This document shows, one piece after another, positions 19,923 to 28,498 of a stretch of 52,270 nucleotides of DNA. Origin of the DNA: a virus. Lineage: Duplodnaviria > Caudoviricetes. Positions within the stretch are counted from its first letter, which is position 1. Each line of letters starts with the position of its first letter. The position numbers and the translations under genes were made by a program. Location of the stretch: the IMG/VR virus record IMGVR_UViG_3300027246_000005, positions 1 to 52,270 of that record. One strand, given 5' to 3'. Below the pieces are notes generated by a model. It did no database searches and was not told the origin of the DNA. It worked only from the letters and a program-made list of their open reading frames with translations.

Positions 19923-20423
19923 TTAGTCTGCTGACTTCTCTTCGGCATCTGCCGGAGTTTCTCCATTCATTGTTATTTTAATTTCTTCAATTTTATTAGA
20001 GAATGCTTCTTTAATCATATTAAGCGCTGCTTCGTAAGCTTCTTCGCCATATTCTTCTTTACAATCTTTACAAGCTTTAGCAGCTAAACCAGCAACTAGA
20101 GCAGCATTTTCGCACATATAAGCTTCTATAGTATGATCGTCATGTGCGTCTGTTTCCCAAGCCTTAGCTTCAACAACAACGCTTTCATAACATTTCTCTA
20201 ATATTTGAGAAACTTCTTCAGCTTTTTCTTCTTCTTTAGTTTCTTCGGCTGGAGCTTCTTCAGCTGGAGTTTCTTCGGCTTCGTTAGTTTGTACTTTGTC
20301 AGCTTCAGTTTCAGTATCTTCAACATCAGATTGCTCTGGAGTGCTTACGTCCTGAATTTCTTTTTCGATTTCTTCAGAGCGGTCCATTTCGGAAACAAAC
20401 TGATCAAATGATTTATATCTCAT
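19923..20423 (-). CDS. Acidic protein, possible prohead core/internal protein
   Basis: 166 aa, very Glu-rich; N-terminus MRYKSFDQFVSE resembles the T4 capsid-targeting sequence. Confidence 0.6.
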   Translation of the reverse strand: MRYKSFDQFVSEMDRSEEIEKEIQDVSTPEQSDVEDTETEADKVQTNEAEETPAEEAPAEETKEEEKAEEVSQILEKCYESVVVEAKAWETDAHDDHTIEAYMCENAALVAGLAAKACKDCKEEYGEEAYEAALNMIKEAFSNKIEEIKITMNGETPADAEEKSAD

Positions 20424-20456
20424 TTCTTTTAATTTTTTTTGATTATTAAGTATATA

Positions 20457-20918
20457 TTACAAATTTCCGTCCTTTTCTGGAGTTTTGCCAATAGTGTAGC
20501 CTTCAGGGCAATGGCCCCATATTAATAAAGACTTAAGCCATCTGGTCATTTCTCCATCTCTGAAGAAATAGGGTGCTTTCATATTCTTCTTCATTCCAAT
20601 CATTCGACTGTTAAATGAAACTTGTTTGCCACACCAAAACCACATCGTAGGGGTCCAATTCTTTTCGGCATCAGAATAAGATTTTCCGGTTGGGATCATC
20701 TTAATTAACATTTCAGCGGATTCTTTTCCACTGTCGATGTCATTTGCCTCAGCTTCTTTGCTTGTTAAACCAGCATCTTTACCGTCATCTTCTCTAAAGT
20801 TCTTAATCTGAGCAGGAGTCATATTAATTAACTTGTTCCACTCAGTCCAAGTTTCTTTAGAAGGTTCGGCAGAACGGTCTTCAGCTTCGAATAAGAATTG
20901 ATTGAACGATTTAATCAT
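20457..20918 (-). CDS. DUF3140-like protein with capsid-targeting-like N-terminus
   Basis: LINMTPAQI...SGKESA...RWLKSLLIWGHCP resembles DUF3140 (VNM...WRYSLMNWGHDP); start re-assigned to MIKSFNQFLFE at 20918. Confidence 0.6.
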   Translation of the reverse strand: MIKSFNQFLFEAEDRSAEPSKETWTEWNKLINMTPAQIKNFREDDGKDAGLTSKEAEANDIDSGKESAEMLIKMIPTGKSYSDAEKNWTPTMWFWCGKQVSFNSRMIGMKKNMKAPYFFRDGEMTRWLKSLLIWGHCPEGYTIGKTPEKDGNL

Positions 20919-21147
20919 TAGTCTTTGGCTTCTTTTTGTACTTTCTTTTAGGCTTAGCAACTGGAGCATCGGTTTTAATAACCTTTTCTTTTACTTCTTT
21001 AGGAGTAGAAACTTTAGCATTTTCGTGTTTTGCATTAAGTTCTTCTATAAAGATTTCAGTACTGTTCTTTCGATCAGCGAATTTGCCAGTAATTCTATAT
21101 ACGATATAGAGTAACGCTGCTAAAATAGTGATTGTAAATAAGTTCAT
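20911..21147 (-). CDS. Small membrane-anchored protein with basic C-terminus
   Basis: N-terminal hydrophobic helix; Lys-rich tail. Confidence 0.6.
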   Translation of the reverse strand: MNLFTITILAALLYIVYRITGKFADRKNSTEIFIEELNAKHENAKVSTPKEVKEKVIKTDAPVAKPKRKYKKKPKTND

Positions 21148-21189
21148 AATTTTAAATTTTAGTTCTTTTTATATATCATTAAAACAAAA

Positions 21190-21213
21190 AGAGCCCTTCC
21201 GAAGAAGGGCTCT
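21190..21213 (-). terminator. Rho-independent terminator
   Basis: Gene strand AGAGCCCTTC-TTCG-GAAGGGCTCT-TTTTGTTTT: 10-bp stem, cUUCGg loop, U-tract. Confidence 0.9.
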
Positions 21214-21234
21214 AACCAACATAAGAAGCTGTTA

Positions 21235-21477
21235 CTATGACTTGGGTGTTTGACTTTGTTCGTCAGTAGGAGTATTTTGTTTAAACAGTACTTCTAATGT
21301 CGCAATTAGGCCGTTTGCTTCGTCTACTTTTCTGACTAGTTTATCCATCTCATCAATGATTTGAGGATGCTCGCCAATACCAACTGAATTACCAAAGTAA
21401 ACTTCCATAGTAGCTAGTGCTTCTTTCTTTTGAGCTTCATATCTTGCGAATAAAGCTTCTACCTTTAATGATGACAT
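21235..21477 (-). CDS. Conserved phage hypothetical protein
   Basis: 80 aa helical protein with NSVGIGEHPQI motif, which I recognise from T4-like aquatic phages. Confidence 0.7.
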   Translation of the reverse strand: MSSLKVEALFARYEAQKKEALATMEVYFGNSVGIGEHPQIIDEMDKLVRKVDEANGLIATLEVLFKQNTPTDEQSQTPKS

Positions 21478-21502
21478 ATTCTAATTTTTATTTGTTATGA
21501 TA

Positions 21503-21529
21503 ATTATATTTGATCGACTAAAATTGTTT
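21503..21529 (-). promoter_or_regulatory. Putative middle-class promoter AAAC-N17-TATAAT
   Basis: Motif with exact spacing just upstream of the ATG at 21477. Confidence 0.5.
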
Positions 21530-22439
21530 CATATTTTTTTAGATAACTGAACAGAGCAAGGTCTTTTGCTTTAGCTTCTAGATCGACATCGATAGACAAG
21601 CCATAAGAATTTACCTTTTCGTAGATATGATCGGCATGGGCACGATTGACAACTGAAGAATCTTCGTGAAGTTTTTTACATGAACTATAATGAACTAGCT
21701 GACGAATACCTTCTGGCCAAGTAGTGGCTGCGAGGTGGAGTGCATCTTTTTCTGGCATAGGATCGTCGTAGCACCAATGGTGGTGGTAGTCAAATACGAT
21801 TGGAATACCGGTAGCAGGAGAAAGAATATTACATAAATCTTCGATTGAGTATTGATTCTTTTTATCATCATTTTCGACGGTAAGACGGGTTTTTACTGAT
21901 TCGTCTAGAGTATGGAATGCCTTGATAAAACGCTGAATCGAATCTTCTTTACCTTCTGCAGTAGTATTGATATGAATATTGATCGCAGCATAAGGAGTCC
22001 TAGGAGTGCCAATCAAATCCATGATTTCGCCATGCTGATTAAGTTCTTTGATAGAACGAGCAACAACATCTGGATTCTTACTAGCAATTACGCAAAAATG
22101 GCCAGGATGGAGTGTTAACCGCTGACCTGCATCGGCTGCAATTTTACCAGCACCTCTTAGTAAATTAGAAATCTTAGCATAATCAGGTAAGTCTTTAAGC
22201 TCGTACTCGGACATCCATGGTATCATATCAGAAGACATTCGGTACAGCTTGACGCCGTGTTGATTATTCCATTTAATGATTTCGATGAGGTCTCTGACGT
22301 TGTTGAGAGCAAGCTCGCTAGCATAACTTATACCCTTTTGTTCAAAGGTTCTTTTAATCATACCACGGCCAATTGTAATACCTTTCTGCTGCTGTAGGGT
22401 TAGATTGATACAGCAATATCCGAATCTTGTTTTTTCCAT
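21504..22439 (-). CDS. uvsE: UV damage endonuclease UvsE/UVDE
   Basis: GYCCIN, YRMSS, RLTLHPG, LTVENDD, VFDYHHH, RAHAD and LEAKAKD motifs. Confidence 0.93.
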   Translation of the reverse strand: MEKTRFGYCCINLTLQQQKGITIGRGMIKRTFEQKGISYASELALNNVRDLIEIIKWNNQHGVKLYRMSSDMIPWMSEYELKDLPDYAKISNLLRGAGKIAADAGQRLTLHPGHFCVIASKNPDVVARSIKELNQHGEIMDLIGTPRTPYAAINIHINTTAEGKEDSIQRFIKAFHTLDESVKTRLTVENDDKKNQYSIEDLCNILSPATGIPIVFDYHHHWCYDDPMPEKDALHLAATTWPEGIRQLVHYSSCKKLHEDSSVVNRAHADHIYEKVNSYGLSIDVDLEAKAKDLALFSYLKKYETILVDQI

Positions 22440-22582
22440 TAGTCTATAAATTCGCCAATAACATTATTTCGCCACCACTTTTTGAATTTAGAATCATCGG
22501 GCATTTTAGAGATTCTAGTGTCTAGTATGAACGGACCTACTACTATAATAAGTCCAATAATTATATAAAGAATTAGTCCCAT
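22439..22582 (-). CDS. Small membrane protein (47 aa, below the ORF-track cut-off)
   Basis: MGLILYIIIGLIIVVGPFILDTRISKMPDDSKFKKWWRNNVIGEFID; its TAA overlaps the uvsE ATG and it fills the gap exactly. Confidence 0.65.
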   Translation of the reverse strand: MGLILYIIIGLIIVVGPFILDTRISKMPDDSKFKKWWRNNVIGEFID

Positions 22583-22977
22583 TGTTTCTCATATTTGTAC
22601 CAATAGTCAGCTCCAGCGCAATCCATTAAAGAATCTAGGATAACAATATCCATGTCCTTACCGTTGATGTTGTTAATAAAATCGTAAATTAGTTGATGCG
22701 CTTCTTCGACATCTTCTGTTAATTGAAATGCGGCTTCGTTAAGGGCTGACATGGCGCGCATTGTAACTGAATCATTATCAGAAAATCTCATACCAGCATA
22801 GAAATCTCCGTTAGGCGCGATTGCATCGATCTCTCTAAATATGTCTTCGTTAGTATTCCTTAATCGATAGACACTGATTGCAGTTTCTATGATTGGTTTA
22901 ATTTTACTAGTATCTGGCCAAGGATGGCAGCCTGATAGTCCGTTTGCTTTTACGTTTGATGCTTCGATTTTTTTCAT
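22573..22977 (-). CDS. Hypothetical (probable early) protein
   Basis: 134 aa ORF directly behind a repeated promoter element. Confidence 0.7.
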   Translation of the reverse strand: MKKIEASNVKANGLSGCHPWPDTSKIKPIIETAISVYRLRNTNEDIFREIDAIAPNGDFYAGMRFSDNDSVTMRAMSALNEAAFQLTEDVEEAHQLIYDFINNINGKDMDIVILDSLMDCAGADYWYKYEKQWD

Positions 22978-22986
22978 TTTATTTAT

Positions 22987-23008
22987 TTGTTATATGTAAA
23001 TATAAACA
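22987..23008 (-). promoter_or_regulatory. Repeated early-type promoter, copy 1
   Basis: TGTTTATATTTACATATAACAA on the gene strand; contains TATATTTA, close to the Bacteroidota -7 element TAnnTTTG. Confidence 0.7.
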
Positions 23009-23039
23009 TTTTTCTTGACATAGAAAAACTTTTGTTCAA

Positions 23040-23261
23040 TTATTTTTTAAATTTTTTGCCACGAACAGTTGTATGGATATGGATTGCCCATGTATTAAAG
23101 TCCATTTTCTTGAAAGAGTCGGTGGTTTTCATTATTCTCGGTTGACCAGGAATTGGATAATCGACAGGTTCTCCAAGAATTTCTCTTTTAAACAGAATGT
23201 CTTTGATTAGGTTTATCATAGTTGGTTTTATTTTTTTACGAAAATCATTTCCTCTTCCCAT
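23040..23261 (-). CDS. Hypothetical protein (true start may be the internal ATG near 23219)
   Basis: Short ORF in a co-directional run. Confidence 0.5.
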   Translation of the reverse strand: MGRGNDFRKKIKPTMINLIKDILFKREILGEPVDYPIPGQPRIMKTTDSFKKMDFNTWAIHIHTTVRGKKFKK

Positions 23262-23461
23262 GAACCAGATTCTAATTCTAAATTAACACGGTTGAGAGCA
23301 TTTGTATATTTCTTTGGGTTGCATGCCATATCTACGGCAATAGTGGTAAATTCTCCAGAATCAGAAGGATCGACATTTAAGAATCCACAATATTCAGGAT
23401 GGTTTTTATCTAACTGATAGTCTCCGCTAATCATGTTTAGATATTGTTCTAATTGAGTCAT
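23228..23461 (-). CDS. Hypothetical protein (start probably MTQLEQ)
   Basis: ORF track gives 23228..23521; the internal ATG immediately follows the upstream stop. Confidence 0.55.
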   Translation of the reverse strand: MTQLEQYLNMISGDYQLDKNHPEYCGFLNVDPSDSGEFTTIAVDMACNPKKYTNALNRVNLELESGSWEEEMIFVKK

Positions 23462-23462
23462 A

Positions 23463-23750
23463 TTATTTAGTTTTATAAAGATCAGTTGCCGAGAATGAAT
23501 ATCCAACGGTGTATTTACCATTAGTACCTTTGACTAGATACCTACGACATCTGCGTCTAACTGATGGATTTGTTAAGTTTACTAAATGATGATTGAATGA
23601 ACTACTTCTAGTGTATTCAGGTTTTCCTTGGCAGATTGTCTGGTAATGAGTGTCCATTTCCTTATAAGAAACTTCACCATTAAAGTATACGTAATCTAAG
23701 ATTTCCTGAGTGATCCAACCATGTTGTCCTTTTTTTAATCGCTTATTCAT
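23463..23750 (-). CDS. Hypothetical protein, possibly winged-helix-like
   Basis: 95 aa basic ORF behind a repeated promoter; fold guess only. Confidence 0.6.
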   Translation of the reverse strand: MNKRLKKGQHGWITQEILDYVYFNGEVSYKEMDTHYQTICQGKPEYTRSSSFNHHLVNLTNPSVRRRCRRYLVKGTNGKYTVGYSFSATDLYKTK

Positions 23751-23764
23751 GTTATTGTTTTAAT

Positions 23765-23833
23765 TTGTTATATGTAAATATAAACATTATTTTTCAATCG
23801 GTAAAACTTTTATTCAAAAAGTTATTAACAATT
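23765..23833 (-). promoter_or_regulatory. Repeated early-type promoter, copy 2, with upstream TGTTAATAAC box
   Basis: 22-bp core at 23765-23786; box at 23821-23830; 62 bp nearly identical to 28437-28498. Confidence 0.7.
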
Positions 23834-24082
23834 TTAAAATAAATCTTCTATGTTCGTTACGTCTTCGATGGCAACCTTGTAGATGTCTCCGATTTTAGTC
23901 ATTACCTGACAGTTAACTACAAACTTTTTAATTACTGTACCATAAACTGCTCCTCGGTTAGACCAACCTGAGTAGTTATCATGGTATCCTCCAGGAAGAT
24001 TACCGATAAATGTTACTTTAGATCCAATTTTGATTGGAGTTTTAACTTCTGCTTCTTTTGCTGTTTTAATAAGAGTTGCCAT
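23834..24082 (-). CDS. Hypothetical small beta-barrel (SH3-like) protein
   Basis: 82 aa ORF behind a repeated promoter; IKIGSKVTF...GTVIKK pattern. Confidence 0.6.
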   Translation of the reverse strand: MATLIKTAKEAEVKTPIKIGSKVTFIGNLPGGYHDNYSGWSNRGAVYGTVIKKFVVNCQVMTKIGDIYKVAIEDVTNIEDLF

Positions 24083-24097
24083 TGTGTTATTGTTAAT

Positions 24098-24174
24098 TTG
24101 TTATATGTAAATATAAACAAAAAACTCGACATAAAAAAATGCCGAGTGAATTATTTTCAAAAAAGTTATTAACA
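24098..24174 (-). promoter_or_regulatory. Repeated early-type promoter, copy 3, with upstream TGTTAATAAC box
   Basis: 22-bp core at 24098-24119; box at 24165-24174. Confidence 0.7.
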
Positions 24175-24519
24175 TTATTTCCAAAAGATCTGGACGCAGA
24201 TTATGATAAATGAGAGTATCAAGCAGATTAGGGTCTTGGCATTTAGAGCCTCATCCATCATGAAGTAGGTTAATATTGAAAAGGAAATCATACCCATGGT
24301 AAAGCCAATAAATCTACCGGGCCATAATTGACCATCGTAATGTTCTGCAATTAATCTAGTAGCCTCTATAAAAATGTAGGATATTGTCGAACCTCCGATT
24401 ATAGCAATTAATAATGGATTCTTTTTGCACCATGTCCAAAGGAATTGACCGTTTGTCTGAAACCAAATAAGAGATTGTCCAAGTAAAAATAAGAAGATTC
24501 CATAAATTAATGCTCTCAA
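24175..24519 (-). CDS. Small multi-pass membrane protein (SMR/DMT-like topology)
   Basis: 114 aa with four hydrophobic segments. Confidence 0.65.
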   Translation of the reverse strand: MRALIYGIFLFLLGQSLIWFQTNGQFLWTWCKKNPLLIAIIGGSTISYIFIEATRLIAEHYDGQLWPGRFIGFTMGMISFSILTYFMMDEALNAKTLICLILSFIIICVQIFWK

Positions 24520-25148
24520 AATAAAGACTCGGTTTTTGTAGTCAAATGAGATATAAAACTTGGTCTATGCTCAACAGATGGGCCAACTTCTTGAATAGCA
24601 GTAATATGTTGTTTGGTTCCGTATCCTTTATTCGAACCCCATCCATATACTTTGTTCTCTTCGGTTTCGTTTAAAGATTTCATTAAATTATCTCTAGAAA
24701 CCTTAGCAAGAATCGAGGCGGCAGCAATAGAAGTATATTTGTTATCTCCACCGACAATAGTGGTGTAACTCTTATCTTTATAACCGTGGAATTGGTCACC
24801 ATCGATTAAGACAAAGTCAAAATCAACTTCAGCCTGAACATTTTCAAGAGCCTGATTCATTCCAAATAGAGTAGCCTTTAGGATATTCATAGTTTCAATA
24901 TGGTTAATATCGATATGAACGACTGAATATGCTATTGCGTTTTCTAAAATGATTTCATGCGCAGTTTTCTTTTGAGCTTCTGAAAGCAATTTAGAATCTT
25001 TAACCAAAGGATGAGAAAAGTCTGAAGGCATGATACATGCTGCAACGGTTACTGGTCCAGCTAATGCTCCTCTTCCTGCTTCGTCGACACCAACTTCAAT
25101 TAAGTTATCTTCGGTATTGTACTTTGATTTTAACTGTATTAATCCCAT
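24516..25148 (-). CDS. rnhB: Ribonuclease HII
   Basis: GVDEAGRGALAGPV, DSKLL, IDGD, SIAAASILAKVSRD, NKGYGT and HRPSF motifs. Confidence 0.95.
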   Translation of the reverse strand: MGLIQLKSKYNTEDNLIEVGVDEAGRGALAGPVTVAACIMPSDFSHPLVKDSKLLSEAQKKTAHEIILENAIAYSVVHIDINHIETMNILKATLFGMNQALENVQAEVDFDFVLIDGDQFHGYKDKSYTTIVGGDNKYTSIAAASILAKVSRDNLMKSLNETEENKVYGWGSNKGYGTKQHITAIQEVGPSVEHRPSFISHLTTKTESLF

Positions 25149-25150
25149 AA

Positions 25151-25561
25151 TTAGTTGATTGACGCTTTTAAATTTTCGTAAATATTCTTATATAGAGCAT
25201 GTTGATTTTGGAATATCTCCTTCTCCATTTCTTTTCTAATGTCTTCAATATGGCTTCTAACGTAACCGACCATTTTATCTCCATCAGAACTATTTACCGA
25301 TTTTGATGCGTAGAATTTGTGATTAGTAATTCTAACACTTTCGAGATCTAGCACGATAAAATAGTCTAGCTTCTTGTTCTCAAGATAATAAGTCTGACTT
25401 ATCGGCGCAGTTAAGAACTTCGTATCAGGGTGGTTAACCATCGCTCTAACAATGGCATAAATGAATTTAGTATCTTCGGACATTCTAGAACGACCACCGG
25501 TGATTTTAATAAATCGAATCTTTGCTCGAGTTATTGCTCTTTTAAAAGAATGAAAGCTCAT
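25151..25561 (-). CDS. Hypothetical protein
   Basis: 136 aa ORF. Confidence 0.65.
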   Translation of the reverse strand: MSFHSFKRAITRAKIRFIKITGGRSRMSEDTKFIYAIVRAMVNHPDTKFLTAPISQTYYLENKKLDYFIVLDLESVRITNHKFYASKSVNSSDGDKMVGYVRSHIEDIRKEMEKEIFQNQHALYKNIYENLKASIN

Positions 25562-25590
25562 ATAAATTTGTCTATGTTAAACATGTACAA

Positions 25591-25617
25591 ATTATATGAG
25601 CTTTTTTTAAAAAGTTT
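25591..25617 (-). promoter_or_regulatory. Putative middle-class promoter AAAC-N17-TATAAT
   Basis: AAACTT-N15-TATAAT upstream of the operon containing rnhB. Confidence 0.55.
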
Positions 25618-25627
25618 ATTAGGAATA

Positions 25628-26323
25628 TTACTTATGATTGTCGTACTTCCACTTCTCATATCGGCGTACAACCTCTTGTAAGATTTCTGCACGAACAATA
25701 TCGCTTTCACCAAATTGATGTACTCCAACCCCTTTAACGCCAGTCATCAGTTCAATAAATTGAGGTAGAGAAACTTTGCTTCTTTCGATATCATATTGAC
25801 TAACGTCTCCGGCAATTACAACCTTGCTATCTTCTCCCATACGAGTAATGAATAACATTAGTTGTTTATAATCAGCATTTTGAGCTTCGTCTAGAATCAT
25901 GATGGCATCGTCAAATGTATCTCCTCTCATATAAGCTAGAGGCTGAAATTCTACAGCTCCGCTGCTTAGTAATTTATGAGCTTCACTGAATCCGATAATT
26001 TTTTCAATATTTGATGTAAATGACTTGATATAAGGTGCAATCTTTTCATCAATTGTACCGGGTAGGAAACCTAGCTTTTCTCCAGCTTCTTGGATCGGCT
26101 TTGTCAAGATAATTCTTTTGATTTTCTTTTCTCTAAGTAATTTAATTGCAGCATAACATGCTGAAAAAGTTTTAGAAGTACCTGCAGGTCCATAGCAAAA
26201 TGTAATCTGATTTTTAAGAATAGTATCAACGTATCCTTGTTGTGATTCTTTTAAATAAATTCTGTTTAGAGAATTCTCAGTGCTAGTTGTGCTAACCCTT
26301 GTATTAGTAGCTTTTCTTGTCAT
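25628..26323 (-). CDS. phoH: PhoH-like ATPase
   Basis: GPAGTSKT Walker A variant, GEKLGFLPG, YMRGDTF, ILDEAQN, GDVSQYD. Confidence 0.93.
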   Translation of the reverse strand: MTRKATNTRVSTTSTENSLNRIYLKESQQGYVDTILKNQITFCYGPAGTSKTFSACYAAIKLLREKKIKRIILTKPIQEAGEKLGFLPGTIDEKIAPYIKSFTSNIEKIIGFSEAHKLLSSGAVEFQPLAYMRGDTFDDAIMILDEAQNADYKQLMLFITRMGEDSKVVIAGDVSQYDIERSKVSLPQFIELMTGVKGVGVHQFGESDIVRAEILQEVVRRYEKWKYDNHK

Positions 26324-26338
26324 TCGTTTTTGTTGTGT

Positions 26339-26599
26339 TTAATCTCCTGCCATTATGACAAGAGCTTTGAGTTTCATTAATGTGTCACACTTCTCATACT
26401 CTTCTAGAGTTTCAAAGTATTCAATTAGTAATTCTATAAATTTGGAGCGTTCTCCCATGCTGTGCGGTATTTCAATAAGATCCTTTCCTTCTTGGAACAC
26501 AACGAAACGATTCACTGTTTTCGTGAAATTGCGGGTGAGAGTGTAGTAGCTTGCTCTCATCACGTTGTCTTTTTCTCGGCTTGAAATATTATTACTCAT
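26339..26599 (-). CDS. Small protein with C-terminal UVR-like motif (paralog 1)
   Basis: EYFETLEEYEKCDTLMKLK. Confidence 0.7.
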   Translation of the reverse strand: MSNNISSREKDNVMRASYYTLTRNFTKTVNRFVVFQEGKDLIEIPHSMGERSKFIELLIEYFETLEEYEKCDTLMKLKALVIMAGD

Positions 26600-26671
26600 T
26601 CGCAGGTAAAAATCTTTTTATACATTATATATTTACCGGATACTCCGGAATGTTAACTATATTAACGTATT

Positions 26672-26869
26672 CTATGATTCTTTTTCTGCATTTGTCCTAA
26701 GGGATTGGACATAAGATGCTTTACGAAACTCATCTCTTTTCTCTACTGATTTCTTAGTAAATTGTTGACGATCTTGCAAGTTTTTTATTTGTTTTGTTTT
26801 AATAACTTTGCGTTTATACTGTTTTAACGCTTGTTCTATATTTCCGTTTTTAACTTCTATTATTAACAT
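26672..26869 (-). CDS. rpsU: Ribosomal protein bS21 (Bacteroidota type)
   Basis: [22 protein letters not shown]...QFTKKSVEKR...KASYVQ matches bS21, including the Bacteroidota C-terminal KAxYxQ. Confidence 0.9.
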   Translation of the reverse strand: MLIIEVKNGNIEQALKQYKRKVIKTKQIKNLQDRQQFTKKSVEKRDEFRKASYVQSLRTNAEKES

Positions 26870-27120
26870 GCTTCTAATTCTTTTATTATTTTTTTAAGTT
26901 CTAAACACTTCTCATATTCCTCCTTGGCCTCAAACCAGTTTATAATAAAAGTTATTGCTTCAATTTTTTGTTCTAGTGTCGAAGAACTTTTAAGTGCATC
27001 TTGTGTTTTATTAACGATAGCATCATATACCATGTCCATCATTTTCTCTCGTGACGCTTTTTTAATACTATTAAAAAAACTAAAACCATCGTCATCTAAA
27101 GGTAAATCATCTTCTGTCAT
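26863..27120 (-). CDS. Small protein with C-terminal UVR-like motif (paralog 2)
   Basis: [19 protein letters not shown]. Confidence 0.7.
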   Translation of the reverse strand: MTEDDLPLDDDGFSFFNSIKKASREKMMDMVYDAIVNKTQDALKSSSTLEQKIEAITFIINWFEAKEEYEKCLELKKIIKELEAC

Positions 27121-27923
27121 TCCAATTCTTTAATTTTTTTAACTAAGTCCAACTGTGCTTCTGTTAGACCATGAAAATTAGCATGTACTTTAACCATTAG
27201 ATTTCCATACTCATTGTTCTTACTGTTATATATTGGCATTCCTTTTCCTGGAATTCTCAATACTCTACCAGATGCTGTTTTGGCTGGAACGTCTATTTTA
27301 TATTTGCCAAATGGAATTTCTACTTCAATATTGGCTCCTAAAATTAAATCATAAAAATGAAGGTATGCATCTACCCATATATCGCTTCCTTGTAGAATTA
27401 ACGAATCATCTGGATTAATATTAATATTGATAATAAGGTCTCCCCGTTGAGCGTTACTATTAAACCTATTGTAATCTCCTCGACCGTATACTTTCAATAC
27501 CATTCCATTATGTATACCTTTTCCAAAATCTACTCTAACCGAATCATGGCCAAAATCAAAAGTTTTAGTACATCCATTATAAGCTTCTGCTATCGTAAAT
27601 GTTGCTCTAACAGTAACATCTGCTCCTTTAGATTCTTTTCTTGTTCCGAAATTTTTGTCAAAGTCTCCAGACCAATTACCATATTGGTTAAATATGTCCT
27701 GAAAATTAAACTCTTTAAAGGTAGATTTTCCGTCATATAGATCACGCTTAGCTTGATCAGATAATGTTTCGTACGCAGTTTGGATCTGTTGAAATTTATC
27801 AGTAGCTCCTGGATTATTTAAATTCCGGTCTGGATGGTGGAGTTTTGCAAGATTTCGGTAAGCCGATTTAATCTCTTCCTGTGTTGCTGTCTTTTGGACT
27901 CCTAATACTTGATAATAATTCAT
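27117..27923 (-). CDS. dnaJ: DnaJ/CbpA-type co-chaperone (J domain plus C-terminal domain, no zinc finger)
   Basis: MNYYQVLGV...HHPDRN (HPD motif)...GDL...LRIPGKGMP...GNLMV; start re-assigned to 27923. Confidence 0.92.
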   Translation of the reverse strand: MNYYQVLGVQKTATQEEIKSAYRNLAKLHHPDRNLNNPGATDKFQQIQTAYETLSDQAKRDLYDGKSTFKEFNFQDIFNQYGNWSGDFDKNFGTRKESKGADVTVRATFTIAEAYNGCTKTFDFGHDSVRVDFGKGIHNGMVLKVYGRGDYNRFNSNAQRGDLIINININPDDSLILQGSDIWVDAYLHFYDLILGANIEVEIPFGKYKIDVPAKTASGRVLRIPGKGMPIYNSKNNEYGNLMVKVHANFHGLTEAQLDLVKKIKELE

Positions 27924-28059
27924 GTTTGTCTTTATTAAGCTGTCCTTTTCGCATTTCAATTATACTCTTCTTGTGGTCGCGTTCAATAACGTCAGCGATT
28001 CGCTTCAGTTGGGCCGTGAGTGCAGCCATCGCTTCTAATAATTTTGGTTCTGTTGCCAT
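27868..28059 (-). CDS. Hypothetical protein
   Basis: 63 aa ORF with an AT-rich leader; its 3' end overlaps the dnaJ start. Confidence 0.45.
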   Translation of the reverse strand: MATEPKLLEAMAALTAQLKRIADVIERDHKKSIIEMRKGQLNKDKHELLSSIRSPKDSNTGRD

Positions 28060-28103
28060 AATTTTCTTATTTAAAATATATGTATCTCATAAAAAAAGGA
28101 AGC

Positions 28104-28415
28104 TTATGCCTCCTTTAGTTCTTCGAGATACGATTGTATAGTTTTACATTTCTCGTATTCTTCAGTTTTAACAAACCAGTCTAACATAAAAGATAGTGTA
28201 TCTTTTAGTTGATTAGCGTTTAAGTTAGTTAATTTCATTTGTCGAACGTCAATTCCTTGCGTTTCAATTGATTTGAAATTAGCTCTAACCAGTTGGTCGA
28301 TCACATCATAGTAAGTTGCTTTTACTTCGTTCGCTTGCATAATCTGTGTTATTTCGTCTTGTTCAGTTTCTTCGTTGAAATTATCTTCGAAGTCGTTATA
28401 ATCATTTTCGTACAT
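28104..28415 (-). CDS. Small protein with C-terminal UVR-like motif (paralog 3)
   Basis: DWFVKTEEYEKCKTIQSYL; acidic N-terminus. Confidence 0.7.
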   Translation of the reverse strand: MYENDYNDFEDNFNEETEQDEITQIMQANEVKATYYDVIDQLVRANFKSIETQGIDVRQMKLTNLNANQLKDTLSFMLDWFVKTEEYEKCKTIQSYLEELKEA

Positions 28416-28436
28416 AGTATTTATTTTGATTTTATA

Positions 28437-28498
28437 ATGTAAATATAAACAATATTTTTCAAACGGTAAAACTTTTGTTCAAAAAGTTATTAACAATT
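28437..28498 (-). promoter_or_regulatory. Repeated early-type promoter, copy 4, with upstream TGTTAATAAC box
   Basis: 59/62 identical to 23772-23833. Confidence 0.7.

Noticed and set aside
26636-26667. Small inverted repeats CCGGA-TAC-TCCGG and GTTAA-CTATA-TTAAC downstream of bS21
   Set aside because: Stems are only 5 bp with no U-tract; too weak to call a terminator or ncRNA.
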